Shown: positions 10,523-20,276, counted from the stretch's first letter. The stretch: 64,000 nt of DNA from Candidatus Gottesmanbacteria bacterium (GCA_016218255.1 JACREN010000037.1:1514-65513), one strand, 5' to 3'. The notes: generated from the sequence alone by a model not told the origin. Program-made: numbers and translations.

Positions 10523-11039
10523 CATAAGTCAAATTATCTATGAGGGCACAGGCGTAGCGACATATGTACGTCAAATGGTTCGTGCTTTGGTTGCCGAATC
10601 TACACATGAATATATTCTTTTTGGGTCGTCGCTACGAGGCAGAAGCGTTTTCCGACAGTTTGTTTCGGGTTTGCCCTCCAATGTGAGATTGATTACTATT
10701 CCCATTCCTCCATCTGTTTTGGATTTTTTTTGGAACCGACTCCATATTATACCGGTGGAATGGTTTACCGGGCCTCTGGATGTTTTTTGGAGTAGCGATT
10801 GGACTCAGCCGCCTCTTCATTCTGCGTTGGGAATGACAACGATTCATGATGTAATGGCTTTGTTATATCCAGAATCGTTTACCAGGAGTATCGTTGATGT
10901 ACACAAGCGACGATTACAGCGGGTCGCACGTGAGTGTACAAGAATATTATGTGATTCCGAGGCGACAAAAAATGATGTCATGAGGCTGCTCGGCGTTTCT
11001 GAGAAAAGATTGCGTGTTATTTATCCCGGATACAGTTAG
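10506..11039 (+). CDS. Stand-alone GT4 N-terminal (acceptor-binding) domain, 177 aa
   Basis: MKIGIDIS..TGVATY, TTIHD, CDSEATKND, ends VIYPGYS*; no C-terminal Rossmann domain. Confidence 0.75.
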   Translation: MKIGIDISQIIYEGTGVATYVRQMVRALVAESTHEYILFGSSLRGRSVFRQFVSGLPSNVRLITIPIPPSVLDFFWNRLHIIPVEWFTGPLDVFWSSDWTQPPLHSALGMTTIHDVMALLYPESFTRSIVDVHKRRLQRVARECTRILCDSEATKNDVMRLLGVSEKRLRVIYPGYS

Positions 11040-11049
11040 CGTTTTTACT

Positions 11050-12177
11050 ATGATTATTGCCATTGATGGTTACGAAGCGAATGTCAAAAACAGGGTTGGT
11101 ATCGGGAGGTATGGGTATGAAATTTTGCGGCATCTGCGCAGTATAATAAACAAATCCGATAATCTGATGGTTCGTGTCTATCTTCCCTCCCACCCACTTG
11201 CGGATATGCCACCAGAGTGTGATTGGTGGCAATACCGAGTGGCTTCTTCAACTCGATTGTGGACGCTTATAGGACTTCCGTGGGCGATCTGGAGAGATAA
11301 GCCGAGGGCCGATGTAATTTTTTCTCCCACGCATTATATCCCTCGATTTATAGGTATTCCAAAAATTATGTCTATTATGGACGTTTCTTACCTTGAGTAT
11401 CCGGGGTTGTTTCGTTTAAAAGATCTATATCAATTAAGACGCTGGACTCAATATGCCGTTGAGCATGCGGTAAAAATACTTACCATTAGTGAGTTCAGTA
11501 AAAATGCTATAATGAAAGCGTATCAAGTGCCTGCTGATCATGTCGATGTAATCTACCCGGGACTCATTATGACAGGTGCCAGATGTCAAATGTCAGATGT
11601 CAGAAGAAAGTATGCGTTGAAAACTCACTATATCCTTTCCGTGGGCACGCTTCAGCCGAGGAAAAATTTTTTTCGTCTTATCGAAGCGTTTTCAGAATTT
11701 GTAAGAGACTCCGCACACAAGGAATACGAATTGATAATTGTGGGTAAGAAGGGTTGGATATATGAGGATATTATTTCGGCTCCTGCGCGCTTCAGTGTTT
11801 CTGACCGCGTCCGGTTTTTAGATTTCGTCCCTGATGAGGATTTGCCAAGTCTGTACCGCGATGCCCGTTGTTTTGCTCTTCCGAGCCTGTATGAAGGATT
11901 TGGCTTGCCTGTATTGGAGGCTATGGCTCAAGGATGTCCTGTAGTGGTCAGTAACGTATCCAGTTTACCAGAGATTGCTGGGAAGGCAGGTATATACGTT
12001 GATCCTAATAGTGTGACTGATATCCTCAGAGGATTGCGTGACGCAACTGACGAGGACACGGCAAAAAAGAAATTGCGGGTGAATTTAGGACTGGCTCAGG
12101 CGAAAAAATTTTCGTGGGATAAGGCCGCAATTGAGACATTGCGCGTCATTGAAGAAGTCGCAAAGGAAAAGATATGA
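11050..12177 (+). CDS. Glycosyltransferase family 4
   Basis: IAIDG..VGIGRY, VGTLQPRKN, PSLYEGFGLPVLEAMAQGCPVV. Confidence 0.9.
   Translation: MIIAIDGYEANVKNRVGIGRYGYEILRHLRSIINKSDNLMVRVYLPSHPLADMPPECDWWQYRVASSTRLWTLIGLPWAIWRDKPRADVIFSPTHYIPRFIGIPKIMSIMDVSYLEYPGLFRLKDLYQLRRWTQYAVEHAVKILTISEFSKNAIMKAYQVPADHVDVIYPGLIMTGARCQMSDVRRKYALKTHYILSVGTLQPRKNFFRLIEAFSEFVRDSAHKEYELIIVGKKGWIYEDIISAPARFSVSDRVRFLDFVPDEDLPSLYRDARCFALPSLYEGFGLPVLEAMAQGCPVVVSNVSSLPEIAGKAGIYVDPNSVTDILRGLRDATDEDTAKKKLRVNLGLAQAKKFSWDKAAIETLRVIEEVAKEKI
11505..11513 (+). promoter_or_regulatory. Possible gene-internal extended -10 promoter (TGC-TATAAT)
   Basis: Perfect TGnTATAAT 55 nt upstream of in-frame ATG 11569 at the interdomain linker; no clear -35. 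Confidence 0.3.
11571..11605 (+). repeat. Degenerate 7-mer tandem repeat (GTCAGAT-like x5) within CDS
   Basis: gacaggt gccagat gtcaaat gtcagat gtcagaa. Confidence 0.75.
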
Positions 12178-12773
12178 GACTCATGATCGATTTTTGGGTG
12201 TATTTAGCTACTCTAACTGGTGTCATTCCTAGTCACTCGGTGCGGCTATTTTTGTACCGTCATCTCTTCAGAATGAAGATTGGTGAAAATACTTCGATTC
12301 ACTGGCTGGCACGTTTCAATAAGCCGTCAGGTATAGAAATTGGACATAATTCGATCATCGGAAATGACGCGTTTCTTGATGGTCGCTTTTCCCGAACATG
12401 GAAAAAAGGAGAACTCCATTTGCTGGGGTACCTGAGGGATTTTTTTTCGCCGGCCGTACGGCCTGTTGTGATCGGAAACAATGTATCTATTGCGGGCGAG
12501 GTGCGCATATATACCATGCAGCATGACATAGATGATCCTGGATTTCGTGAAATCGGAGCACCGGTTGTCATAGATGATTATGTAGTGATCGGGACCAGAG
12601 TGACTGTTCTGCCAGGCGTCCATATAGGCTATGGCGCGGTTGTTGCTTCGGGAGCGGTTGTGACACATGATGTTGAACCCTATAGTCTTGTAGGAGGCGT
12701 GCCGGCCGCGCATATACGATATCGGGCTAAAGATATGCGGTATACGCTAAAGTTTGCCAGAGCGTTCCAATAA
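12174..12773 (+). CDS. Left-handed beta-helix O-acetyltransferase (WcaF/Maa-like)
   Basis: Hexapeptide repeats IEIGHNSIIG, VVIGNNVSIA, VVIDDYVVIG, VLPGVHIGYGAVVASGAVVTHDV, GGVPA. Confidence 0.88.
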   Translation: MRLMIDFWVYLATLTGVIPSHSVRLFLYRHLFRMKIGENTSIHWLARFNKPSGIEIGHNSIIGNDAFLDGRFSRTWKKGELHLLGYLRDFFSPAVRPVVIGNNVSIAGEVRIYTMQHDIDDPGFREIGAPVVIDDYVVIGTRVTVLPGVHIGYGAVVASGAVVTHDVEPYSLVGGVPAAHIRYRAKDMRYTLKFARAFQ

Positions 12774-12778
12774 GCTCC

Positions 12779-13642
12779 ATGGATTTATCCATTATTATTC
12801 CAAATTATAATACCAAGTTGCTGCTTGAGCGGTGTTTACGTTCTATTTTATTATCCTTGGCAGAAGAAGCGATTCAATATGAAGTTATAGTTGTGGATAA
12901 CGCATCAAAAGATGGTTCTTTGGAGTTTGTACGTCATATATATCCTCAGATATCTTTATTGTCCAATAAAACGAATGTAGGCTATGGTAAAGCGAATAAT
13001 CAAGCTATCCGAACGGCGAGAGGTACCTATGTACTCCTGCTAAATTCAGATATTGTGGTTCAGGCTGATGGAATCGGGTCTCTTTACCGATTCATGCTTT
13101 CTTATGCCCGCATATTTGCAGGTGGAAAACTTCACAATGAGGATGGTACTCCTCAGCCATCGTGCGGTCCTTTTTTCTCGCTGCCAGCAGTGCTCCTGAT
13201 GTTGTTTCTCAAGGGTGACTATTGGGGAGCAACGCGTCGATCTCCGAGAAGCATCACTCGTGTGGATTGGGTATCCGGTGCCTGTCTTATGGGAAAGAGA
13301 GAAGCGTTTGAAGATGTTGGACTGTTTGACGAAAAGATTTTTATGTATATGGAAGAAATTGACTTACTGTATCGTGCTAAAAAGAAAGGATACGGCGTGT
13401 TGTTTTGTCCGTATGCAGAATTCATTCATACCGGAGCCGCGAGCAGCGATAACAGACGAAATCCTGTCGTTAATATATATCGAGGCCTTCTATATTTTTA
13501 TGGGAAGCATTATGGCCTCTTTTCGCTATCCGTCCTTCGGATTATACTTAAGCTAAAGGCATATCTTTCTATATGGATCGGCCGTTTTGCCGGCAGGACG
13601 GATATCGTATCTATTTATGAAAAAGCTCTTGCACTGGTCTAA
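12779..13642 (+). CDS. Glycosyltransferase family 2 (WbbL/rhamnosyltransferase-like)
   Basis: SIIIPNYNT, VVDNASKDGS, NVGYGKANN, LLLNSD, VDWVSGAC, FDEKIFMYMEEID. Confidence 0.88.
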   Translation: MDLSIIIPNYNTKLLLERCLRSILLSLAEEAIQYEVIVVDNASKDGSLEFVRHIYPQISLLSNKTNVGYGKANNQAIRTARGTYVLLLNSDIVVQADGIGSLYRFMLSYARIFAGGKLHNEDGTPQPSCGPFFSLPAVLLMLFLKGDYWGATRRSPRSITRVDWVSGACLMGKREAFEDVGLFDEKIFMYMEEIDLLYRAKKKGYGVLFCPYAEFIHTGAASSDNRRNPVVNIYRGLLYFYGKHYGLFSLSVLRIILKLKAYLSIWIGRFAGRTDIVSIYEKALALV

Positions 13643-16600
13643 ACAAAATTTTTTTTTGTTGAGCGCAATCGTATGTTCGGTATTTATTCCGTTGTATCCG
13701 AAGTTGCCTCTGGTGGATATCAAAAATACCTGGGTGTATATACGGATTGAGGACTTTCTGGTCGTAGGAGTTCTGTTTTTGTTAGTTATCGCCGTCATGC
13801 GCCGGCAGATTTCGTTAAAGACGCCTCTTACTATGCCCATACTCCTTTTTTGGATTGCCGGAGGTATTGCCACAATGCACGGTATATTGCTGGTGTTTCC
13901 ATCACTTCAGGCAGTATATCCGAATGTTGCTTTTTTAAGCTTTTTACGACGGATGGAATATATGAGTTTATTTTTTGTTGGTTATTTTGCGCTAAAAGAA
14001 AAGCGTCATCTTGCTGCTTTAGTTGTTGTATTAGTTGGTACGGTTCTTGCGGTTTCTCTTTATGGCATTGGACAAAAATACCTTGGGTTCCCAGCATTTT
14101 TGACCATGAATGAGGAATATGCAAAGGGTATTCCCATACGGTTATCACAGCTGTCGCGTATATCGTCAACTTTCAGTGGTCACTACGATTTAGCTGCGTA
14201 CCTGGTGCTGGTGTTGCCAGTATTCGTTAGTCTATTGTTTGGATATACGAAGTATTGGCAGCGGGCTGTATTGATTCTCGGTGTGTTGTTAGGGTTCATT
14301 GCTCTTTTCATGACCGTATCCAGAATATCTTTTTTTGCGCTTTTATTAGCATTGGGATTCGTAGTTTTTCTGCACAAAAGAAAGCTTATTCTACTTACGC
14401 TGCCGGTGACGGTTATCTTTGTGCTTCTCTTTGTCAGTATTTCTCCGCGTGTATTTGACCGGTTTGGCAATACAGTGAAAGCTATTGATGTGGTGATAGA
14501 TGCAAAAACCGGGGATCCTATAGGTCATACTAAGACGGTTCCAAATACATATTTCATGACCAAAATCATCAAACAGCAATATGCTCGGACGATAAAAAAT
14601 ATTTATGGATTTGCGAGTCCATCGGCTTCATTTGTTGTTCCATATCTTGTTTTGCCGGAGCAGGTGGTGCTACTGGCAGAGCCCGATGCGCCGACAGGTG
14701 AAGATTTGCCTCAGGGTACGGGATATATAAACTTGTCTCTCGCTCCGGTGATACGGAAGCTCGATAATTTTTTTTATGAGCCGAAGCCTAGAACAGCAAC
14801 AACAGCTGCAGAAGTTTTTATTATCAACGGCGATTTTTTGCTCAAAAAGGTGTTTACGTACGATCTTTCATTCACCACCAGATTTCAGGGTGAATGGCCA
14901 CGCGCAATGGCGGCGTTTACGAGAAATATTTTGGTCGGGAGCGGATATGGATCTGTGGGCCTTGCGGTGGACAATAGTTATCTTCGAATGTTGGCAGAAG
15001 TCGGATCGCTTGGATTTGTGTTTTTTACCGGTATTTTTGTGGCCCTCGGGATGTATATCAAAAAAATATGGCCAGATATAGACTCCGAACAGTCAAAAAG
15101 TTTTATTATCGGGGTAATGGCAGGCCTGGCAGGGATTGGGGTGAATGCATTGTTTATAGATGTATTCGAGGCGTCAAAAGTGGCGTTTATGACATGGCTG
15201 CTAATTGGAATGGCTTTGGGACTCGCTGCATCATATCAACGGAAGGCATTTAATATGCTTAAGGAATTTAAGCGGATCCTTATCTCAATGCCCTCGATAG
15301 CGGTATTTATATTTCTTCTCATAATGTTGTTGTATTCTCCTCTGATGCGTAATAATTTTGTTGGGGATGACTTTACATGGTTCCGGTGGGTCGCAGATTG
15401 TGGTGAGCAGAATATTTCAGGGTCATGCCCGGTCAACATATCGACGGTTGTACGTTTCTTTACTCACTCGGACGGATTTTTTTATAGGCCGGGAACAAAG
15501 ATATATTTTTTAGTTATGTATACGGTTTTTTGGCTTAACCAAAATGCTTATCACGCCGTATCTCTCGCGTTGCACGGGCTCGTGGCTTTGTTGGTATTTA
15601 TTCTGGCAAATAAACTGATGAAGCAGTCATTTATGGCAGCAGCAGCAGGACTCCTGTTTCTTTTTCTCAGTGGATATTCCGAAGCTGTTCACTGGATATC
15701 CGCAACAGGATTTCTATTCAGTGCGGTATTTATTCTTGTAAGCCTTTTGAGCTTTATTAACTGGGTAGAAAAAAAGAAAATGAGATACGGCATTTTCTCA
15801 ATAGGAGCAATATTTTTTGCACTATCGTTTCATGAAGTCGGCGTTGTGACCCCATTTGTGGTTTTGGCATACAGAAGTATATTTTTGCGCGGCTATCCGT
15901 TGTCGAAAATGTTGGTTGATCGAGTAAGCGCTTTTGTATTTTTTCCACTGCCTCTTTATTTTTTGGTCAGATTTGCAGCAGGTAGTCATTGGCTTAGCGG
16001 TGACTATAATTACAACGTGCTTCGATTGCCGTTCAATGTAGTCGGAAACGCTTTTGGTTATTTCTTGCTGACGGTTTTTGGTTCTGTAACGAGTCCGCTA
16101 TATCAACTTATTCGTGGCGGTTTAAGAACCCATATAGGCATTGCGGCCGTGGTAATTCTTTGTATTTTGCTCTTAGCTATTTGGACTATACGGAATAAGT
16201 ACCATATTGTTCAGCAACAGGACCGTTCTCTTATTGGCTTCGGACTGATCTTTTCTTTCCTGACTCTTTTGCCCTTTTTGGGGCTTGGGAATATCTCTTC
16301 TAGATATAGTTATGTGGCTTCGGTAGGTGTTGCATTCACATTGGTTATTTTCATGAAGTATGTTTATATATTATTAAGGGAAAACGGCACTGCCATTGCT
16401 AAAGCAGGTACAGTAGTCATTATTTCTGTCTATATGCTATTTCAGATAATCCAGCAGCAGCAAATAACCGCGGATTGGTACCAAGCAGGTGAAAAAACGC
16501 GAAGATTTATCGTCTCTATGGGTAGTGCGTATGAGGATTCATGGGCAATTGCTCCAGTCGAATTGCATTTTGTAAATGTGCCAATACGGCACGGGGAAGC

Positions 16601-16793
16601 CTGGGTGTTTCCGGTTGGAATGCCTGATGCGGTTTGGCTAATTTATCGTAATCCAAATATTCGGGTATTTTCCTGGGCTACTCTCCCCGAAGCATTTTCC
16701 GTAATTGATGCAGGTGTGAAAACACAAAGGGTTTTTGAATTTGACGCCAGCGGTAAAGTAGTTGAGCGCATAAAGCCACCTGATATTCAATGA
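13617..16793 (+). CDS. Fusion: O-antigen-ligase-like domain plus TMTC/PMT-like GT-C domain
   Basis: N half: RISSTF, TVSR, R..W..A....GSGYG, AVDNSYLRMLAEVG. C half: FVGDDF, FYRP, YHAVSLALH, SEAVHWISA. Confidence 0.65.
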   Translation: MKKLLHWSKQNFFLLSAIVCSVFIPLYPKLPLVDIKNTWVYIRIEDFLVVGVLFLLVIAVMRRQISLKTPLTMPILLFWIAGGIATMHGILLVFPSLQAVYPNVAFLSFLRRMEYMSLFFVGYFALKEKRHLAALVVVLVGTVLAVSLYGIGQKYLGFPAFLTMNEEYAKGIPIRLSQLSRISSTFSGHYDLAAYLVLVLPVFVSLLFGYTKYWQRAVLILGVLLGFIALFMTVSRISFFALLLALGFVVFLHKRKLILLTLPVTVIFVLLFVSISPRVFDRFGNTVKAIDVVIDAKTGDPIGHTKTVPNTYFMTKIIKQQYARTIKNIYGFASPSASFVVPYLVLPEQVVLLAEPDAPTGEDLPQGTGYINLSLAPVIRKLDNFFYEPKPRTATTAAEVFIINGDFLLKKVFTYDLSFTTRFQGEWPRAMAAFTRNILVGSGYGSVGLAVDNSYLRMLAEVGSLGFVFFTGIFVALGMYIKKIWPDIDSEQSKSFIIGVMAGLAGIGVNALFIDVFEASKVAFMTWLLIGMALGLAASYQRKAFNMLKEFKRILISMPSIAVFIFLLIMLLYSPLMRNNFVGDDFTWFRWVADCGEQNISGSCPVNISTVVRFFTHSDGFFYRPGTKIYFLVMYTVFWLNQNAYHAVSLALHGLVALLVFILANKLMKQSFMAAAAGLLFLFLSGYSEAVHWISATGFLFSAVFILVSLLSFINWVEKKKMRYGIFSIGAIFFALSFHEVGVVTPFVVLAYRSIFLRGYPLSKMLVDRVSAFVFFPLPLYFLVRFAAGSHWLSGDYNYNVLRLPFNVVGNAFGYFLLTVFGSVTSPLYQLIRGGLRTHIGIAAVVILCILLLAIWTIRNKYHIVQQQDRSLIGFGLIFSFLTLLPFLGLGNISSRYSYVASVGVAFTLVIFMKYVYILLRENGTAIAKAGTVVIISVYMLFQIIQQQQITADWYQAGEKTRRFIVSMGSAYEDSWAIAPVELHFVNVPIRHGEAWVFPVGMPDAVWLIYRNPNIRVFSWATLPEAFSVIDAGVKTQRVFEFDASGKVVERIKPPDIQ

Positions 16794-18226
16794 AAAATCT
16801 AACTCCATTCGCTATAGCGATTGTTATCATGGTTGCTGTCGCGGCTCGTTTCTATCATATAACTGGTTCTGTGGCAGATTGGCACAGCTGGAGACAGGTT
16901 GATACCGCGGCAGTTGCTAGGAATTTTGTAAAGTTCGGTTTTGACCCGTTTCGTCCGAGATTTGATGACTTGTCTAATATTCCTTCGGGAAAAGATAATC
17001 CATCGGGATGGCGCATGGTTGAGTTTCCCTTGTATCAGTCTATGGCATACGGAATATGGCGACTTGCCCCAGGTGTTCCGATGGAAATTATGCTTAGACT
17101 GGTGACGGTTGGCGCTTCCGTGGGTACACTTATAATTCTTTATGTTCTTATGGCAGCAACGGCGGGAAAGCTTGCCGCCTTCTTTGGCGCGTTTTGTTAT
17201 GCGGTATTGCCCTACAGTATCTATTACGGACGAGTAATCCTCCCTGACCCACTTATGGTTTTTTGGGCGGTGTTAAGTGTCTATTTGGTTTTTTTGGCGA
17301 CGGAAAAAAAGAGAGATTGGGGATTCATGTTATGTGCGGGCATTGCTGGAGCGTTTGCCTTGCTTGCTAAGCCTATGGGATTGTTTTTATTATTGCCGAT
17401 TCCCTATCTAATGCTTCGGAGGAACGGTTTTTCTATATATTCATTCATCCGTATGTTAGTTTATTCGCTTATTTGTTTGTTTCCCTTGTTTTGGTGGCGA
17501 CAATGGATTTTACAATATCCCGAAGGAATTGCAGTCTATGGTTGGCTTTTTAACGAGGGGAATATTCGTTTTAAGGGTGCATGGTTTTATTGGTTATTTG
17601 CGAAGCGCGTTGGAGAGCTTATATTGGGATATTGGGGTCTTATTCCTTTCGGAATCGGCATGCTTCTCGTATCATCAAAAAAAGAAGGGTGGTTGTTTCG
17701 TTTGTGGGTGATTGGTGGACTCCTCTATTTTATTGTGATTGCGCGAGGAAACGTGCAGCATGATTATTATCAGATTCTTCTTATCCCCATTATCTGTGTG
17801 TATCTCGGCAAAGGATTCGCTTTTCTTTTTTCCAATGCGGTCTTTTCGAAAGCTGTCAGTTACCAGCTGTCAGCGATTAGTTTTTTGTTATTATTTTCTT
17901 TTTCCTGGTATACCGCGAGAACCTATTATTGGATTAACCGGCCTGAAATCGTTGAAGCCGGAAAAGCTGCAGACAGCCTGTTGCCGGCCGGCGCGAAGGT
18001 AATTGCTTCATATAACGGGGATACCTCATTTCTTTATCAGACTAACCGTCAGGGTTGGCCCTTGGGTTTTGAGATAGATAAAAAAATAGAAGCCGGCGCA
18101 ACTCATTATGTTACGGTGTCTCCAACAGATAACGACGGGGAGACAATGGCCTTGGCCAGTAGATTTACTGTTCTCGTTCGAAACGAACGATACGCGATCA
18201 TCGATTTAACGAAGCCGAAGCGGTAA
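16790..18226 (+). CDS. GT-C glycosyltransferase (ArnT/PMT_2-like)
   Basis: HSWRQVDTAAVARNF, VEFPLYQ, about 11 TM segments, LLAKP, HDYYQ. Confidence 0.75.
   Translation: MKNLTPFAIAIVIMVAVAARFYHITGSVADWHSWRQVDTAAVARNFVKFGFDPFRPRFDDLSNIPSGKDNPSGWRMVEFPLYQSMAYGIWRLAPGVPMEIMLRLVTVGASVGTLIILYVLMAATAGKLAAFFGAFCYAVLPYSIYYGRVILPDPLMVFWAVLSVYLVFLATEKKRDWGFMLCAGIAGAFALLAKPMGLFLLLPIPYLMLRRNGFSIYSFIRMLVYSLICLFPLFWWRQWILQYPEGIAVYGWLFNEGNIRFKGAWFYWLFAKRVGELILGYWGLIPFGIGMLLVSSKKEGWLFRLWVIGGLLYFIVIARGNVQHDYYQILLIPIICVYLGKGFAFLFSNAVFSKAVSYQLSAISFLLLFSFSWYTARTYYWINRPEIVEAGKAADSLLPAGAKVIASYNGDTSFLYQTNRQGWPLGFEIDKKIEAGATHYVTVSPTDNDGETMALASRFTVLVRNERYAIIDLTKPKR
17851..17885 (+). repeat. Degenerate 7-mer tandem repeat (AGCTGTC-like) within CDS
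   Basis: agctgtc agttacc agctgtc agcgatt agttttt (encodes AVSYQLSAISF). Confidence 0.6.
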
Positions 18227-18241
18227 GATCTGTTGATCATT

Positions 18242-19429
18242 ATGAAAATATTGTTTATTTCCGCTTTGCTGCCGTATCCCCCGTATCAGGGGGGACAGGT
18301 GCGTATATATAATCTGCTCAAATTGTTAAGTAAGAATCATGAGATATCACTATTGTCGTTTATCCGTTCACGACAAGAAAAACAGTATGTTGATAAATTA
18401 AATTTTTGCCGTATAGTGCAAACAGTCATGCGCGGCAATGCGTGGCAGATGAAGTATATTGTATCTGCAGGATTCAGCACGAAACCATTCCTTTATGCCA
18501 CATACGACAATGACGCAATGCGCAAATGCATAGTGCGTGCATTAATGGAAAACGCCTATGATCTTATCCATCTTGAGCCGGGATATGTTTTTCCATCATT
18601 GCCAAAAATTAATATTCCAGTGGTAGTTGCTGAGCACAATATTGAGCACACGATTTACGAAGGATATATCCGGAGATTTCATCCATTTTTTCTTCGGCCG
18701 TTATTGTATTGGGATATATTAAAAATGCAGAGGTGGGAGAAGCGTGCATGGAGACGGGCGCAATCTGTAGTCGCAGTTTCCGAAGATGATGCGTCTTCAA
18801 TCCGAAGCACTGTGCCGGAGACGAATGTATATGTTGTTCCAAACGGTGTCGATGGAGCTCAATTCACATTTCGACCTAAGCGAACGATTGAGAAGCGGCT
18901 CCTCTTTGTTGGGTATTTTGGGTGGATACAAAATACTGACGCATTAGCGTATCTTTTGGATCATATATGGCCTGCGATTATACGTGTTCATCCGGATGCA
19001 ACATTGCGGGTCATTGGTAAAAGGCTTTCTCCTGTATTGCAGGGTAAGATTGCTTCGATTAGCGGATCGTATAAAGATTATACAGAGGATATAGCAAAGG
19101 AATATCATGACGCGGATATATTGTTAGCGCCGGTTCGCATAGGAGGCGGAACGCGGTATAAAATATTGGAGGCTATGGCTTCCGGTTTACCGGTGATAAC
19201 GACGTCAATCGGTGCATCTGGACTTTCTATTGAAGATAAAAAGGAGGTGCTGATTGCTGACACTCCTATCGAGACTGCACATGCATTAACCGAGATCGTT
19301 CTAAACGCTAAGCTCCGGTTGGAGATGATAACCCGAGCCAGGCAAGTCGTAGAAGATCGGTATTCTTGGAGCCGTTTGGCAAAGCTGCTTGAGGGGGTAT
19401 GGAGACATGCAAAAACAAACTCACGTTGA
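18242..19429 (+). CDS. Glycosyltransferase family 4
   Basis: LPYPPYQGGQVR, EHNIE, VVPNGVD, GGGTRYKILEAMASGLPV. Confidence 0.88.
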   Translation: MKILFISALLPYPPYQGGQVRIYNLLKLLSKNHEISLLSFIRSRQEKQYVDKLNFCRIVQTVMRGNAWQMKYIVSAGFSTKPFLYATYDNDAMRKCIVRALMENAYDLIHLEPGYVFPSLPKINIPVVVAEHNIEHTIYEGYIRRFHPFFLRPLLYWDILKMQRWEKRAWRRAQSVVAVSEDDASSIRSTVPETNVYVVPNGVDGAQFTFRPKRTIEKRLLFVGYFGWIQNTDALAYLLDHIWPAIIRVHPDATLRVIGKRLSPVLQGKIASISGSYKDYTEDIAKEYHDADILLAPVRIGGGTRYKILEAMASGLPVITTSIGASGLSIEDKKEVLIADTPIETAHALTEIVLNAKLRLEMITRARQVVEDRYSWSRLAKLLEGVWRHAKTNSR

Positions 19430-20276
19430 TCTTTCTATTATTATTCTTTCATATAACACCATTTCTCTATTGAGGAGGTGTCTTGCTTCTATATTTACGA
19501 GTCAGATGTCAGATGACGCTTGGGAGATTATTGTGGTTGACAATGCATCTATTGACGGTTCTGCCGATATGGTAGCAAGAGATTTTCCTAGTGTACGCGT
19601 AATAAAAAACAGAAAGAATATTGGATTTGCGGCTGGTAACAATATAGGAATACGCAGTTCTCATGGTTCCTATGTTCTGTTGTTAAATTCTGACGCCGAA
19701 GTCCGTCCTGGAACTCTTCGTACTATGTTGGATTTTTTAGTGTCTTACCCTGATGCAGGCGCGGCTACCTGCCGATTGGAGTTGGTAGACGGATCACTAG
19801 ACCCAGCATGTCATAGAGGATTTCCGACGCCTTGGGCGGCGATGACATATTTTTTGGGTTTTGAGAGACTGTTTCCGCGCGTTCCGCTATTCTCTCAATA
19901 CCACGCCTGGTATAAAGATTTATCAAGCGTTCATGAGATAGACAGTCCGAGCGGGGCATTCTTTTTGGTTCGCCGCTCTGTCATTGATGAAGTAGGTCTT
20001 TTGGATGAGGATTTTTTTATGTATGGTGAAGATATTGACTGGGCATACAGAATAAAGGAAGCCGGAAGAAAAATATTGTATAACCCCTCTGTCTCTGCTC
20101 TTCATAGAAAAAAACAGAGTGGACTGGACCAAGCAGATTCCTTACTCCAGAAACAGACAGAAAAACATTTCTATGACACAATGCGATTATTTTATCAAAA
20201 ACACTATGCTCATCGGTATGGTTGGGCTGTTACGGCCCTCGTGTTGTGGGGTATTAAAATTCGATCATTACTATGA
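19407..20276 (+). CDS. Glycosyltransferase family 2 (WbbL-like)
   Basis: SIIILSYNT, VDNASIDGS, NIGFAAGNN, LLLNSD, SGAFFLVR, LDEDFFMYGEDID. Confidence 0.88.
   Translation: MQKQTHVDLSIIILSYNTISLLRRCLASIFTSQMSDDAWEIIVVDNASIDGSADMVARDFPSVRVIKNRKNIGFAAGNNIGIRSSHGSYVLLLNSDAEVRPGTLRTMLDFLVSYPDAGAATCRLELVDGSLDPACHRGFPTPWAAMTYFLGFERLFPRVPLFSQYHAWYKDLSSVHEIDSPSGAFFLVRRSVIDEVGLLDEDFFMYGEDIDWAYRIKEAGRKILYNPSVSALHRKKQSGLDQADSLLQKQTEKHFYDTMRLFYQKHYAHRYGWAVTALVLWGIKIRSLL

Noticed and set aside
13649-13657. T9 tract near the 5' end of the ligase fusion as a phase-variation switch
   Set aside because: T-runs are frequent in Phe/Leu-rich membrane genes here and the frame is intact
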